A stretch of DNA of 63,556 nt from a virus. Lineage: Duplodnaviria > Caudoviricetes. Shown piece after piece: positions 37,388 through 48,004 of this stretch. The stretch spans positions 1-63,556 of IMG/VR virus record IMGVR_UViG_3300010157_000064, one strand, 5' to 3'. The position numbers and the translations under genes are program-made. The notes below the pieces were generated by a model. It was given only the letters and a program-made list of their open reading frames with translations. It did not search any database and was not told the DNA's origin. Numbering within the stretch: the stretch's first letter is position 1; every line of letters begins with the position of its first letter.

Positions 37388-38529
37388 AAGTAAAAATGTT
37401 GTTGATAAACGAACAAAGACTGACATCTCTTCCGCAAGAGATAATAAATAATTTTATTGAAACAAATAGTAATTTAGTAAATGTAGAAAACATCTCTATA
37501 ACCAACAACAAATCTTCTATAAAAGCTATAGTCGGAGCAAACAACTATGTAAGCTTGGCGGTATATTGGCACCCTAATCCGGACACTCCTACTGGTTATC
37601 CTTATGTGAGAAGAGATGGCGTTCGCAATAAGGACGTTTCGACTGTGTCGGACTCCCGAGAAATTTATTTGCTTATAAAAAATTTATATTCTTTGACTTT
37701 GCTTTATTATTTTACAAAATCAGAAGTTTATGCACAAAAAGCTATTGAAATGCTGAGGGTGTTTTTTATAAATGAAGAAACAAGAATGAATCCAGATTTA
37801 ACTTATAGTGGCATTGTTATGGGGGACAATCAGTCTGATTTTAAAATAAGAGGTGCAGTCATAGACACTAATCGCTTATCTATGATTGTAGATTTGATAG
37901 AAATCTTAAAAAGTAGTCACCAATGGACGCCTTCAGATGATATTAGCATGAAGGCTTGGTTCAGCGATATCTCTGATTGGTTTCAAAATAGTCCGAGAGG
38001 TCTATTGCAGTCAGGCTATTTACATAACATTCGAACATCTCATACTTTGCAACTGGCTGCTTATTTGTGTGGGGCTGGGCGATCTGCGGAGGCTGCTACA
38101 TATTTGAACAATAATGTTCCAAATATTTTGTACAATCAAATAAACGAAGAAGGACTGCAAGTTTTAGAAATGGATCGAGTAGCAAACAGACATTATAGTA
38201 ACTTTAACTTGTTTCTACTTTGTGAACTTGCGAAAATAAGCCAAAGCTTGAATATTGATATATGGAATTATGTAGATGAAGGTGGAAGAGGAAGTATAAA
38301 AAATGCAATGAGATATATGTGTGGGTTTGCCAATGATGTTGTGGCATGGCCATTTTCTGAGGAAAAATATAACTCGGCAATGACTAGAAAGTTTTTAGAA
38401 TCTGGTGCTATGGTTTATGATGATAATTTAATCAGAAATACTTACGAGCCAATAAAAATGATAGACACTTACGCTTTTCTTGAAGAATATTTAACTATTC
38501 CTTCTAGCCTCGTACCCAGTACCATATAA
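37384..38529 (+). CDS. alginate lyase family polysaccharide lyase
   Basis: YWHPNPDTPTGYPYVRRDG, FFINEETRMNPDL, QINEEGLQVLEMDR, HYSNFNL. Confidence 0.8.
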   Translation: MKVKMLLINEQRLTSLPQEIINNFIETNSNLVNVENISITNNKSSIKAIVGANNYVSLAVYWHPNPDTPTGYPYVRRDGVRNKDVSTVSDSREIYLLIKNLYSLTLLYYFTKSEVYAQKAIEMLRVFFINEETRMNPDLTYSGIVMGDNQSDFKIRGAVIDTNRLSMIVDLIEILKSSHQWTPSDDISMKAWFSDISDWFQNSPRGLLQSGYLHNIRTSHTLQLAAYLCGAGRSAEAATYLNNNVPNILYNQINEEGLQVLEMDRVANRHYSNFNLFLLCELAKISQSLNIDIWNYVDEGGRGSIKNAMRYMCGFANDVVAWPFSEEKYNSAMTRKFLESGAMVYDDNLIRNTYEPIKMIDTYAFLEEYLTIPSSLVPSTI

Positions 38530-40621
38530 TTCCGGGGTTTACATTGTCCCCCTCGGCTCCTCCGGCGGCTCCGATCCACGGGGCGGGAAAAAATCCACAT
38601 CTTGAAATCAAAGTACCATACCACTGGTCGCCCGAGCTTGCACTTGTCGTTAGCCACGCACACTCCCCAATGGGTGCGATCCAAGGCATTATTTCTTCTA
38701 TTGAAGCATTATTGTATGTCCATGTGCCGAACTTAGTGTTAAGAGTCACTGCGGTTTGTGAATTATCTGTTTTGACAAAAGAATAAGATATAGGAGCCGA
38801 CCAAATGCCACCAAAATGTGCTCTTTGACCGGCATCTATCATATATTGAAAGGTGGACCCACTTCCTCTTAAATAGTCGGCATAGCTTACTATGGAATAA
38901 TTGTTTGATACAGATGGAGACTCTGTATTTTTTTCTAATACCTCAGCATATGTCCAGTCGGGTTGCGACGAGTTGGTCATCAACAACGTCCATCCTCCAC
39001 CATCGGTGGTCATGTCTGCATATATTTGAAATGGAGTTCCGCCATTTATGTTGTCATTTTTTATCCAATACAAACCATCTGTCGATGAGGGATAGTCTGT
39101 TTTAATTTGTTTAGCACTATCTCCTGCGGTACCGGAGGAGAGCCCATTACCGCCAGTTGGTGTTGGTGTTGGAGTGCTAGTTGGTGTTGGAGTGCTAGTT
39201 GGTGTTGGAGTGCTAGTTGGTGTTGGAGTGCTAGTTGGTGTTGGAGTGCTAGTTGGTGTTGGAGTGCTAGTTGGTGTTGGTGCTGGTGCTATTGATTGAA
39301 CACAAATATCAGTAACGCCTTGATTGAGCGTCAGAATTGGGAAAAATACATACAGTGGACTAGTTACTTCTTGTAATGAAGTATAAACCAAACCATCATT
39401 GTAGTAGTATTTAACGTGTGTTCCATCATATTCAACTTTGAATATATCACTAGTGGTTATATTCCCACTTTCAAATACTGTTTGAACATTACTAGAGTTT
39501 TCATATATCTTTAGATTGTTACCTTCAGCATAGATTCCAAAAGTCGCATTAACATAAGTACTGGATTCGAGGGTGGGATTGAATGAAAATCCGCCCATAA
39601 CATTGATTGCATTAGATGAAATGCGAAAAGTAACTGAAACTGGACCAGTATAAGTTTGCGTAGAATATGCTGAGGCATCCCATCCGCCAGAAGATGTTTT
39701 GATTGCAGAATTTCCAGTTGTATTCGCATTGACGCCCACAAAAGTAAGTGTGTCGCAACAGGGGAAATTAGGTCCGTCTGAGGACCATATAACACTTCCA
39801 TTGTTTGTGGCTGATTTATTCAAGCCGCTAGAATCGTCAAGATATGTTTCAGCCGTTTCTGTTAACAAGAGTAATTTGGTTCCACTGATAGCAGTAAGTG
39901 GTGATGTAGGCACTGTTATAGTGCTCTGTGTTCCATCATATACTGAACTTCCTTTAACCCATCTAAAATTGGTTATTTTGCCATTCCACCAATTACTGCT
40001 ACCAAATCCTATTTTTAAAGGATCAGTATTGTTGGTCACATCATTAGGAGTAGAATAATTTATTATTCTAGATCCGTTTTGATACACAGAGGATGTTCCG
40101 CTTTGTCTTACCACCGCAAAGTGAACCCATTGATTTAAATAGTTTGCTAAACTTACTGAGCCGTACAATTGAGTCCCGTTGTTTACCCAAAATATGAAAG
40201 TTCCATTTTCAATACTTACGGCGATTGAGTGGTTTGGATAATCTCCAACTTGAAAAAGTCTGCTATACAATGGAGGCTCGGCAGCGGTTTGATATTGCCA
40301 CCATTCGATACAGAAGTCTCCCGTTCCTAGTGCCCAATCGTTATCACCGGCAAAAGAAATATACTTATTGTCAGCACCAAAGACTAAACTACCAGTATGA
40401 CAAGTGGAGCTTGTTGGAGTTGGAGTTGGAGTTGGAGTTGGAGTTGGAGTTGGAGTTGGAGTTGGAGTTGGAGTTGGAGTTGGAGTTGGAGTTATATTAT
40501 TCCAATCTCTAGGAATAAGCAGTTTGTTCCTATAAAAGGGAAAGTTTGGCCATAGCCTTTTCACAAGTCTTTGTGTTAGATTGTAGTGGCCAGATCCCAG
40601 CCATTTTTTTCTTGATGGCAT
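38504..40621 (-). CDS. virion fibre-like protein: Pro/Thr linkers, LamG/ConA-like lectin domains, fibrinogen C-terminal-like domain
   Basis: GDFCIEWW...[10 protein letters not shown]...[11 protein letters not shown]; [13 protein letters not shown]; two PT linkers. Confidence 0.8.
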   Translation of the reverse strand: MPSRKKWLGSGHYNLTQRLVKRLWPNFPFYRNKLLIPRDWNNITPTPTPTPTPTPTPTPTPTPTPTPTPTSSTCHTGSLVFGADNKYISFAGDNDWALGTGDFCIEWWQYQTAAEPPLYSRLFQVGDYPNHSIAVSIENGTFIFWVNNGTQLYGSVSLANYLNQWVHFAVVRQSGTSSVYQNGSRIINYSTPNDVTNNTDPLKIGFGSSNWWNGKITNFRWVKGSSVYDGTQSTITVPTSPLTAISGTKLLLLTETAETYLDDSSGLNKSATNNGSVIWSSDGPNFPCCDTLTFVGVNANTTGNSAIKTSSGGWDASAYSTQTYTGPVSVTFRISSNAINVMGGFSFNPTLESSTYVNATFGIYAEGNNLKIYENSSNVQTVFESGNITTSDIFKVEYDGTHVKYYYNDGLVYTSLQEVTSPLYVFFPILTLNQGVTDICVQSIAPAPTPTSTPTPTSTPTPTSTPTPTSTPTPTSTPTPTSTPTPTPTGGNGLSSGTAGDSAKQIKTDYPSSTDGLYWIKNDNINGGTPFQIYADMTTDGGGWTLLMTNSSQPDWTYAEVLEKNTESPSVSNNYSIVSYADYLRGSGSTFQYMIDAGQRAHFGGIWSAPISYSFVKTDNSQTAVTLNTKFGTWTYNNASIEEIMPWIAPIGECAWLTTSASSGDQWYGTLISRCGFFPAPWIGAAGGAEGDNVNPGIIWYWVRG
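39162..39269. repeat. 18-bp tandem repeat x6 (coding STPTPT)
   Basis: gttggtgttggagtgcta x6. Confidence 0.9.
40413..40490. repeat. (GTTGGA)13 hexamer repeat coding (PT)13
   Basis: Perfect tandem array. Confidence 0.9.
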
Positions 40622-40632
40622 AATTATACTTT

Positions 40633-41445
40633 TTAAGGAGTGACAAGGTCTTCGTCTGCTAAAACATAAGGAATTTCTGTGACTGAGGATGGGTTTGTAT
40701 TGGAAGATGTGTAGTTATAATTAATTTTTCTTGCAAAATCACCAGCGACTGCACCTGCTGGGTATTCTATTATTTGAGTTATTCTATCGCTGCCGTCCAC
40801 TGTTATTTTTTGAAATGTAAAAAGACCTGAGGCTCGGCCTTTAACTAATTGCCAATCTTCCTTCATGTCCCCAACAACAAACCCTGCTTCTTCTATAATT
40901 GGAATATCTACTTCCGAATCGGTTTCATCCAAAAGAATAATCTGACCCATTCCGTCTTGCACGAATCTATTTTCAATTGTATGTTTTGAAAAATAAGAAG
41001 GTAGCTCTGCTACTCCTGCGAACTTGTTAAAACGCATCTTTTTCTCTGCGCCGCTATTGCTGATCCACATTTTTATGGTTTTTTTTGCACGACCAGGCTT
41101 AGCTTGGATCAAAACACTATTATTATTTATTTGTGCCAAAAACATATCAGCAAAAGTTAAATCATTATTTAAAATCGCAACTACTTCTCCAACAGTAGTT
41201 TCAGAAGGAGAGTATCCTGCTACATTTATTTCTAATGTTGCGTAATTTTTAAAATCAGTGTCCCACGCATAATTTAGCGTTAAAGTATTATCGCTACTAA
41301 AATCCCATGGTCCTATATTGTATGCATATTGAAAATCAGAACTATTTCTATTTGCAGGGCACGCAAAAGTCAAAGAATACTGTCTATCGCCCAGTACCCA
41401 GTTGCCCCTAAACTCTTGATTAAATACATTTTGATAAAAAGACAT
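40633..41445 (-). CDS. hypothetical protein, possibly structural
   Basis: 270 aa upstream of the fibre gene; GAGGT SD. Confidence 0.55.
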   Translation of the reverse strand: MSFYQNVFNQEFRGNWVLGDRQYSLTFACPANRNSSDFQYAYNIGPWDFSSDNTLTLNYAWDTDFKNYATLEINVAGYSPSETTVGEVVAILNNDLTFADMFLAQINNNSVLIQAKPGRAKKTIKMWISNSGAEKKMRFNKFAGVAELPSYFSKHTIENRFVQDGMGQIILLDETDSEVDIPIIEEAGFVVGDMKEDWQLVKGRASGLFTFQKITVDGSDRITQIIEYPAGAVAGDFARKINYNYTSSNTNPSSVTEIPYVLADEDLVTP

Positions 41446-41466
41446 ATATTGTGACCTCTATGAAAT

Positions 41467-41518
41467 AAAAATACCCACTTTTCACTCGTATCTAGAGTGA
41501 TCAGTGGGTATTTTTTTT
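41467..41518. terminator. long hairpin, probable terminator
   Basis: AAAAATACCCACT...TCACTC-GTATCTA-GAGTGA...AGTGGGTATTTTT with A and T tracts at both ends. Confidence 0.65.
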
Positions 41519-41532
41519 AAATTTTAAAAAAA

Positions 41533-41844
41533 TTATACGCCGGTTTCCACAAGGCTAACCAGAGTTTTTCTTACTAATGTACTTTTAGAGACTGAAAACT
41601 TCTTCCTTTGTTCTAAACGAAGATTATTCGTCTTAGCAATTTTGCTCCTAATATACGTTTTAATAGGGGCATTTGAAGAGACCCTAACAATATTGCCTTC
41701 TCTTAGTTCGTAGCCAGAAATGTGGGTTTTTTTAGATTCTGTGACCAACACAGTTCTACGAACAGGATGGGTGTGATTCCCCTTGTAACAGAACCGAGCA
41801 ACAGGAAGGTTATCGACTACATCGTACTTCATTGTGATTTTCAT
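41533..41844 (-). CDS. WYL/Sm-like small protein
   Basis: RFCYKG...RRTVLV...SGYELREG...IKTYIRSKI spacing. Confidence 0.35.
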   Translation of the reverse strand: MKITMKYDVVDNLPVARFCYKGNHTHPVRRTVLVTESKKTHISGYELREGNIVRVSSNAPIKTYIRSKIAKTNNLRLEQRKKFSVSKSTLVRKTLVSLVETGV

Positions 41845-42380
41845 TGTAATTCCTTTCGTATTTCTTGTAATAATTGTGAAGCGTACCTAGCATCTCCTAA
41901 CAGTTTATTAGAAAACCGTATGTCGGTCAAGGGCACGGAATATAATAAATTGTCTTTAATTATACCAGGAATAGAATAAGGCTCATATTGATCTTCAGGA
42001 AGTTCTATTTCTGCTACAGCCATATATGTATTTTCTTTATAGTCTTTAAAAAAGTCTATTTCCCAATCGTTTCCTTCATGGGACAAAATATATCTTACTT
42101 TTTCAAGTCTATTAAGTGCGATATTCCATAGATCATCAAAATCACGCTCATCCATTTTCTTTTCTAGCTCTATAGCCCTTCCAGATGTGGTTGCTTTTAG
42201 CGTAAAATAATATTCTGCTTTTTTATTTTTTCTTTTAACAAGTTTTCGAATACGAACGGTAATTCCTCTGGTGGCGATCAGGTATCCTTGGGAGATATCA
42301 TATGCCGCCGAGGATTTTTCCATAATAATAGACTCTATTTTAGAATCTATTATGTATTTCCTTTCATTTTCAGTTGGCAA
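41841..42380 (-). CDS. CYTH domain protein (triphosphate tunnel metalloenzyme)
   Basis: ENERKY, ISQGYL, VRIR, KVRY, WEIDFF, AEIEL. Confidence 0.85.
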   Translation of the reverse strand: MPTENERKYIIDSKIESIIMEKSSAAYDISQGYLIATRGITVRIRKLVKRKNKKAEYYFTLKATTSGRAIELEKKMDERDFDDLWNIALNRLEKVRYILSHEGNDWEIDFFKDYKENTYMAVAEIELPEDQYEPYSIPGIIKDNLLYSVPLTDIRFSNKLLGDARYASQLLQEIRKELQ

Positions 42381-42381
42381 A

Positions 42382-42822
42382 TTATTCTCCCTTTAAAATT
42401 TGACGGTAACGATCTACGTCTTCTCTACTTTTTTGTACTTGACCTTCTAGAAATATTTCTAACCATTGTCCATCTACTCCGCCTAGTTCTTCTGCATCTT
42501 TCATTCTGTTTACATAATTTGTAACAACTTCTTCTTCCATAGAAAGAGCGTATTGAATTATGTCTTTTGGAGAAGTAAATTTTTCAAAAGAATTTGACTC
42601 ATGAGTGGCTGTTCCGCCCAAACCTATGATTAAATCTGAAAACTCGGTCACATGACTCATTTCTCCAGCAGCTTCTTCCAAGAAAAGCTCTTTGTATTCT
42701 TCAGAATGAAGCCCTGTAACCGCACTAGCGTGGTACAGATAGAATCGTAGATGTTTCCATTCGTTCTTTAGGTCACTGTTCAATAAAGACAAAATTAATT
42801 CATTGGTCATTTTGGTATACAT
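42382..42822 (-). CDS. ferritin-like / bacterioferritin-like protein
   Basis: LNSDLKNEW, EEAAGEMSH, IIGLGG, EEEVVTNY. Confidence 0.8.
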   Translation of the reverse strand: MYTKMTNELILSLLNSDLKNEWKHLRFYLYHASAVTGLHSEEYKELFLEEAAGEMSHVTEFSDLIIGLGGTATHESNSFEKFTSPKDIIQYALSMEEEVVTNYVNRMKDAEELGGVDGQWLEIFLEGQVQKSREDVDRYRQILKGE

Positions 42823-42823
42823 G

Positions 42824-43930
42824 TTATTTCCTTTCGTTTGATTCTGGGAATTCTTGGTGTCCATGATCGTGTCTCAAATCCAATTCTTTAAAAACTTCAT
42901 TATTGAATGTAGGTCGGATATTTGCATTCGCTATATTCCAACTTAGTTCAAATGCATATTTTGCTACTTTAGAAAGACCTTCGAAATTTATTTTATCTGC
43001 TGTGTCGCTTGGTTTGTGATAGTGCGGATGAAGCCCTGTATGCAAAAAAGCTATTGGTATTCTTTTATTGTAAAAACAAGCATGATCACTTCCTCCAGTG
43101 CTTCTACTTGTTATCCCTTTTGCAAAAGAGTATTTGTTAGACAAATTATCTATAGTTCTTTTTATATCAAAAGAACTATCTCCATCACTGAAAGAAACTG
43201 GATTTTCTCCTTTGCCCAAATAGCCAACCATATCCATATTCAACATAAATACATGTTTGTTTATATCTGGAGCGTCTTGGGGAAAAATAGGATCATTACA
43301 ATAAAACTTACTTCCAATTAATCCCATCTCTTCTGCTGAAAATGCAACAAAAACAACAGTTCTGCCAACTTTATTCTTTAGCTTAGAAAACGCTTTTGCA
43401 ACTTCCAACAAAGCGACTGTGCCAGAAGCATTATCGTCTGCTCCCGGATGTATCTTGTTTCCTCCGAATCGACTCATCTGGGGACCGTATCCGATATGAT
43501 CCATATGAGCCCCCACTACAATGATTTCGTTTTTTAATTTCTCATCATTGCCATCCACCCAAGAGCAGATGTTTTGTGTGAAATCCTCGCCAATTTCATT
43601 CTTTGGACCGGGATTCATTCTTTTTATGTTGAATTTTTGATAAACTGTTTCTAATTCAAACTCTTCAAATTTATCTTTTATGAACTTTGCAGCTAAAACA
43701 TTACCATTTTTTCCAGACATTCTTCCTTCTAATTGGTCTGATGCTAGATATTCGAGATTCTTTTTAATATCCTCTTCTGAGATACTTTCTAAAGCTTCAT
43801 CAAAAGTTGTCTCTTTTTGAATTGGTTCTTTTTGTACTTGAGATTCATTTTTTTTGTATATTTTTTGTACAAAATAAACAGAGAACAAAGCTATTCCTAA
43901 AAGCGTTATTATAAGTGCTGATTTACGCAT
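42824..43930 (-). CDS. M28 aminopeptidase with N-terminal signal/anchor
   Basis: GAHMDH, GADDNASG, SAEEMGLIGS, NMDMVG, SDHACF, YHKPSDT. Confidence 0.9.
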   Translation of the reverse strand: MRKSALIITLLGIALFSVYFVQKIYKKNESQVQKEPIQKETTFDEALESISEEDIKKNLEYLASDQLEGRMSGKNGNVLAAKFIKDKFEEFELETVYQKFNIKRMNPGPKNEIGEDFTQNICSWVDGNDEKLKNEIIVVGAHMDHIGYGPQMSRFGGNKIHPGADDNASGTVALLEVAKAFSKLKNKVGRTVVFVAFSAEEMGLIGSKFYCNDPIFPQDAPDINKHVFMLNMDMVGYLGKGENPVSFSDGDSSFDIKRTIDNLSNKYSFAKGITSRSTGGSDHACFYNKRIPIAFLHTGLHPHYHKPSDTADKINFEGLSKVAKYAFELSWNIANANIRPTFNNEVFKELDLRHDHGHQEFPESNERK

Positions 43931-44017
43931 TATTTCACCTAAATTGATATATATTTTCACCAATACAACTAATGTAATTTATAAGCAGGCTTTGTTCAAG
44001 CCCATTTCAGGAGATAT

Positions 44018-45832
44018 ATGTCAGAAAAATTTTGGCAAAAAAGCCACAAAAACTTAAAAGACTTTTATTTAAGCGGAGGTATTCTCGACAAGAAAACTGG
44101 GAAATATCAATTCGATCCAGAATATTACGAATTTGATAAATATGAACTTCAGATCGATCCTTGCGAAACATTAGAAGAAGTTGAAAATTACGATTCAGAA
44201 AGACGTCAAAAAGAAATAATAAAGTGTTGCAATTCTTTTTCTTATTTTTGTCATAAGTATGTAAAAATTCTACATCCTATGAAGGGATTGGTACCATTTG
44301 TTTTGTATAAGTATCAGAAAAAAGTAATTAAAGATTATGAAGACTATAGATTTAATATCATTAGCAAATTCAGACAGGGTGGTTTGACAACATGTACTCT
44401 TTTATGGGGTCTTTGGAGATGCGAATTTCAAATGGATCAACAAGTAATGCTTCTTTCCAAAACAGATAGAGAAGCCACAAACATCGGAATGATGGTAGAC
44501 AGAGCTTGTGAAAATCTACCGAGCTGGTTAAAGCCTAAAAAAGAAGGCAAGTGGAATGATCATATAAAGCAATTTACAGATACTGGTTCCGCTTTGCAAT
44601 TTTATTCTCCCGAGGCCGCTCGTGGTAAGTCAGTAACATTTTTAATCATTGACGAAGCGGCATTTATTGACGATATGGACAAGCACTGGAAGGCTATGTG
44701 GCCTATACTTTCTACTGGAGGTTCTTGTGCATTGGTTTCTACTGTGAACGGCTTAGGCAACTGGTACGAGAAAACATACAAAGAAGCAAAAAGCGGTTCA
44801 AATAAGTTTCATGTTATAGATTTAGATTATTGGGAACACCCTGATTACAATGATGAAAATTGGGCCGCAGAACAAAAAGCTCAGTTAGGAGAAAAAGGAT
44901 TTTCTCAGGAAGTTTTAAGAGAGTTTTTGGGATCTGGAGAGACGTATTTTCCTACTAGGGTGCTCAAACAATTAAGCGAACAAACTAGAAAAAATTATCC
45001 TAGTAGAAAATTGTTCCCACAATGGAACAACAAAATAAAAACGCACTCGGAAAATGAAGAATTAAAAGGAGCTTTTTGGGTATGGAAAGAGCCTATAGAA
45101 GGACACGATTACATCATAGGAGCAGATTGTGCCGAAGGACAAGGCGAAGAGAACGACAATTCATGTTTTGAGGTAATTGATAGCACAACATTGGAACAGG
45201 TAGGAGAGTTTTATTCCAATGTTGTCTTGCCTCACGAATTTGCAAAAGTTCTCAATGAAGTAGGGCTTTATTACAATAATGCTTTATTAGCTATAGAACA
45301 TATGGGTCCTGGTGGTGCTGTTATAAGCAACCTACAGCATAATTTTGGATATGATAATTTGTATTATGATACAAGCAAAGTAACTTCAACTACGAAGCCT
45401 GGCATAAAAGTAGGACAAACAAACAGAATTCTTTTTCTAGAATCTTTGCAAAACAGGCTAATCAACCAAACCATCAGAATAAATAGTATGCGTTTTTCAA
45501 GAGAAATAGACACTTTTGAATACAATTCGACCACAAAAAAAGCTCAAGCTCGAAAAGGACAACATGATGACGCAATAATGGCGATGTGCATGGCTTTATA
45601 TGTTAGAGAATCAATAGCCAGAGATATGCCAGTAGGAGCAGAACCTATCAGAGAAGTAAGCTCTTTGATAAAGTCACAAATCTATGACGAAATTAAGAAA
45701 GAACTAGAAGAAGGAAGATTAGAAAACTTTTTAGAAGACGAAATAGATGTCTTGGCTCCAGAAATGGACTACAATCCTTTGATGGGCTTGCAAAGAAAGA
45801 ATGAAAATATACTCCGAGAATTTGGATGGTAA
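44018..45832 (+). CDS. gp17: terminase large subunit (gp17-like)
   Basis: PFVLYKYQ, KFRQGGLTT, LIIDEAAF, STVNGLGN, GADCAEG, HDDAIMA. Confidence 0.95.
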   Translation: MSEKFWQKSHKNLKDFYLSGGILDKKTGKYQFDPEYYEFDKYELQIDPCETLEEVENYDSERRQKEIIKCCNSFSYFCHKYVKILHPMKGLVPFVLYKYQKKVIKDYEDYRFNIISKFRQGGLTTCTLLWGLWRCEFQMDQQVMLLSKTDREATNIGMMVDRACENLPSWLKPKKEGKWNDHIKQFTDTGSALQFYSPEAARGKSVTFLIIDEAAFIDDMDKHWKAMWPILSTGGSCALVSTVNGLGNWYEKTYKEAKSGSNKFHVIDLDYWEHPDYNDENWAAEQKAQLGEKGFSQEVLREFLGSGETYFPTRVLKQLSEQTRKNYPSRKLFPQWNNKIKTHSENEELKGAFWVWKEPIEGHDYIIGADCAEGQGEENDNSCFEVIDSTTLEQVGEFYSNVVLPHEFAKVLNEVGLYYNNALLAIEHMGPGGAVISNLQHNFGYDNLYYDTSKVTSTTKPGIKVGQTNRILFLESLQNRLINQTIRINSMRFSREIDTFEYNSTTKKAQARKGQHDDAIMAMCMALYVRESIARDMPVGAEPIREVSSLIKSQIYDEIKKELEEGRLENFLEDEIDVLAPEMDYNPLMGLQRKNENILREFGW

Positions 45833-45833
45833 A

Positions 45834-46766
45834 ATGTCATATAAAAAATACATAGAAATTAAAAATCAAATAAAATCAGAAGTATCAATAGAAAAATACA
45901 AAGAAAAATTATCTGAAAATATTTCTGCGTTGTTTCTGAATCCAGATCCGGTTGTTGTCGAACAAGTGAAGAAAAATTTAATTGATGAATTTGAAATACA
46001 AACTCTATTGCAGGAAAAACTATATCCAAATCAAGAAAGATTGATGATAGCTATTAAAACAGGAGATCCAAAAAAAGTAGCAGCAGAAAGAAAAAGTTTT
46101 AACGAGTGGTCTTTCGATAGACAAGACAAATTAACAGAAAAAATAAAAAACATTTTATTGTTATATGAAAACGGCTTTTATTCCAACACCATAACCTCAA
46201 AAGAAATAGACAGCATTGTAAATTCTTACACGACACAATCTTTGAGGAAAGTAAATGAGATAGGTAGTTCGATAGACTTAACTATTGATAAAATAAAATG
46301 GCACAATCACAATGTACTTATAGAAGCAATTTACCCCGATCAAGATTTCACCCCAACTGAGGCTCTTGTTTCTGTTGGAAGCAGCTATGTCAAAAGCTTT
46401 ATAGTAAATCTAGTTGATAATCAAATAACAAATATTCCAAACGATCAACTACCAAAAAAGTTAAAGGAAGATTGTGATTGTTTGATGGAAAATTTATTTA
46501 AAAACTCTAAAGAAAAAAGAATTATAAGCTTATATTTTAACACTCCGATAAATGAAAGAAAGTTTATAGAAAACATTAAGAAAGAAATAGTATTAGGAGT
46601 AAAACAATACTTGCCATATAATACAACACTAAAAAAAGAAGCTACGATATTAGAAGGACAAGACGCATGGAAGGTGACACTAGATGAAAGCAATATAAAA
46701 AGAAATGGAGATGTTTTTCTGGTTTTGTCTGAGGACGTTGCTGTAAAATGGATAAAAAGAATATGA
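45834..46766 (+). CDS. hypothetical protein
   Basis: Follows terminase; MSYKKYIE N-terminus. Confidence 0.6.
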   Translation: MSYKKYIEIKNQIKSEVSIEKYKEKLSENISALFLNPDPVVVEQVKKNLIDEFEIQTLLQEKLYPNQERLMIAIKTGDPKKVAAERKSFNEWSFDRQDKLTEKIKNILLLYENGFYSNTITSKEIDSIVNSYTTQSLRKVNEIGSSIDLTIDKIKWHNHNVLIEAIYPDQDFTPTEALVSVGSSYVKSFIVNLVDNQITNIPNDQLPKKLKEDCDCLMENLFKNSKEKRIISLYFNTPINERKFIENIKKEIVLGVKQYLPYNTTLKKEATILEGQDAWKVTLDESNIKRNGDVFLVLSEDVAVKWIKRI

Positions 46767-47029
46767 AAAATAACACATTTCAGGCTAAATTCTATTTAGA
46801 AAAAGCTCTTTCCAATATATCATCAGATTTTTCTTTAATAGATGTAAAACAAAACATACGCACAGCTATATCGAAAATAAACGAAGTAGAAAATAAAAGA
46901 AATAAAAGAGAAGTTTTAAAAAATAAAAGACAAAACAAAAAAGAGAAATATGCTCCAGAAGCAATCAATATAATTGACGTAATGATAGAAGAAGAAAAAA
47001 GTAAACAAAACAATAAAGACGATGAGTGA
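46763..47029 (+). CDS. small basic hypothetical protein
   Basis: ATGA overlap with upstream gene. Confidence 0.55.
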   Translation: MKNNTFQAKFYLEKALSNISSDFSLIDVKQNIRTAISKINEVENKRNKREVLKNKRQNKKEKYAPEAINIIDVMIEEEKSKQNNKDDE

Positions 47030-47550
47030 AAAGGAATCATATGAAAAAAAATTGGCACGGATTAATGAAAATTATAGACATTCAACACGTTAGAGGTTCG
47101 AAGGTAATATGGGAACAAAAAAACATTTATAATTATCTTCACACATTGGGAGAAGAGTTTTTACTGAAGTGTTGTTTTGCAACAGATGCTACTCATCCAC
47201 CAGCTCAATATTATTTTGGACTAGACAATAGATCGTCTATCAATATAGCGGACACAATGACGTCTGTAACAAACGAAGCTATTGGCAGTGGATATTCTAG
47301 AAGATCTGTTTCTTCTAGCAGTGGATTTACAATAGAACAAATTGGCGGCGTCTATAGGGCTGCTAGTCAGATTATAACATTTACATCTAGTGGAAACTGG
47401 ACTTCTGTGAATACTTTATTTTTAACCAATTTAAATTCTAACAGTGGAACGCTTATTTCTTCTGCCTCTTTATCTTCTGCTGTGTCTTTACAGAGTGGAG
47501 ATTCTGTGAACATGAGAATGTCTCTTTCTCTGCAGGACGTTTCTAGCTGA
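47026..47550 (+). CDS. putative tail/baseplate structural protein
   Basis: NEAIGSGYSR...ITFT...LQSGDSV pattern seen in phage tail-fibre attachment proteins. Confidence 0.5.
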   Translation: MKRNHMKKNWHGLMKIIDIQHVRGSKVIWEQKNIYNYLHTLGEEFLLKCCFATDATHPPAQYYFGLDNRSSINIADTMTSVTNEAIGSGYSRRSVSSSSGFTIEQIGGVYRAASQIITFTSSGNWTSVNTLFLTNLNSNSGTLISSASLSSAVSLQSGDSVNMRMSLSLQDVSS

Positions 47551-47953
47551 TTGTTTGCAACAAAACCTCTATAGGTTTTATCTCTATGAAGTGAACAATA
47601 TTAAAATTATTTTTATCTTTTGTTGTTTTAGAATATTGTTTAAAGGTCATTTCCTCACAACCCCCATCTTTAACATCTAGCAATCTTATCGAACTAGGTG
47701 TTTTTGAATTTATAAAAATTTGAGGTAAATTTAAAGTATAGCCATCAGGATTAGGGGTTATAGGAATAGATTCTTTTATGTTGGTAAGATAATATTTACA
47801 AAAAACTTCAATTGCTGGTTCGCTTGTGTTTATTTTATCAATCCAAACAGGCACATTAAAACCAATGGTTTCTATTGGATTGCCTTCAAAAAGGCTATAT
47901 CTTTCCTCCCTATTGAGGAAAATATAATGAGAAATTGTTAATGTTGTAAACAT
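47543..47953 (-). CDS. hypothetical protein
   Basis: 136 aa ORF with TATATA just upstream. Confidence 0.55.
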   Translation of the reverse strand: MFTTLTISHYIFLNREERYSLFEGNPIETIGFNVPVWIDKINTSEPAIEVFCKYYLTNIKESIPITPNPDGYTLNLPQIFINSKTPSSIRLLDVKDGGCEEMTFKQYSKTTKDKNNFNIVHFIEIKPIEVLLQTIS

Positions 47954-48004
47954 AAATAATATATAATACTAAAGTGTTTCCAAGTCAATATAACTAGGAG
48001 GATT

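Noticed and set aside
39107-39295. WCWSAS-repeat ORF and 18-bp repeats as a possible CRISPR array
   Set aside because: Contiguous tandem repeats with no spacers; antisense of the PT linker
44360-44400. Terminase Walker A lacking the usual Lys (RQGGLTT) as inactivation
   Set aside because: An upstream Lys (KFRQ) is present, such variants occur in large-phage terminases, and all other motifs are intact
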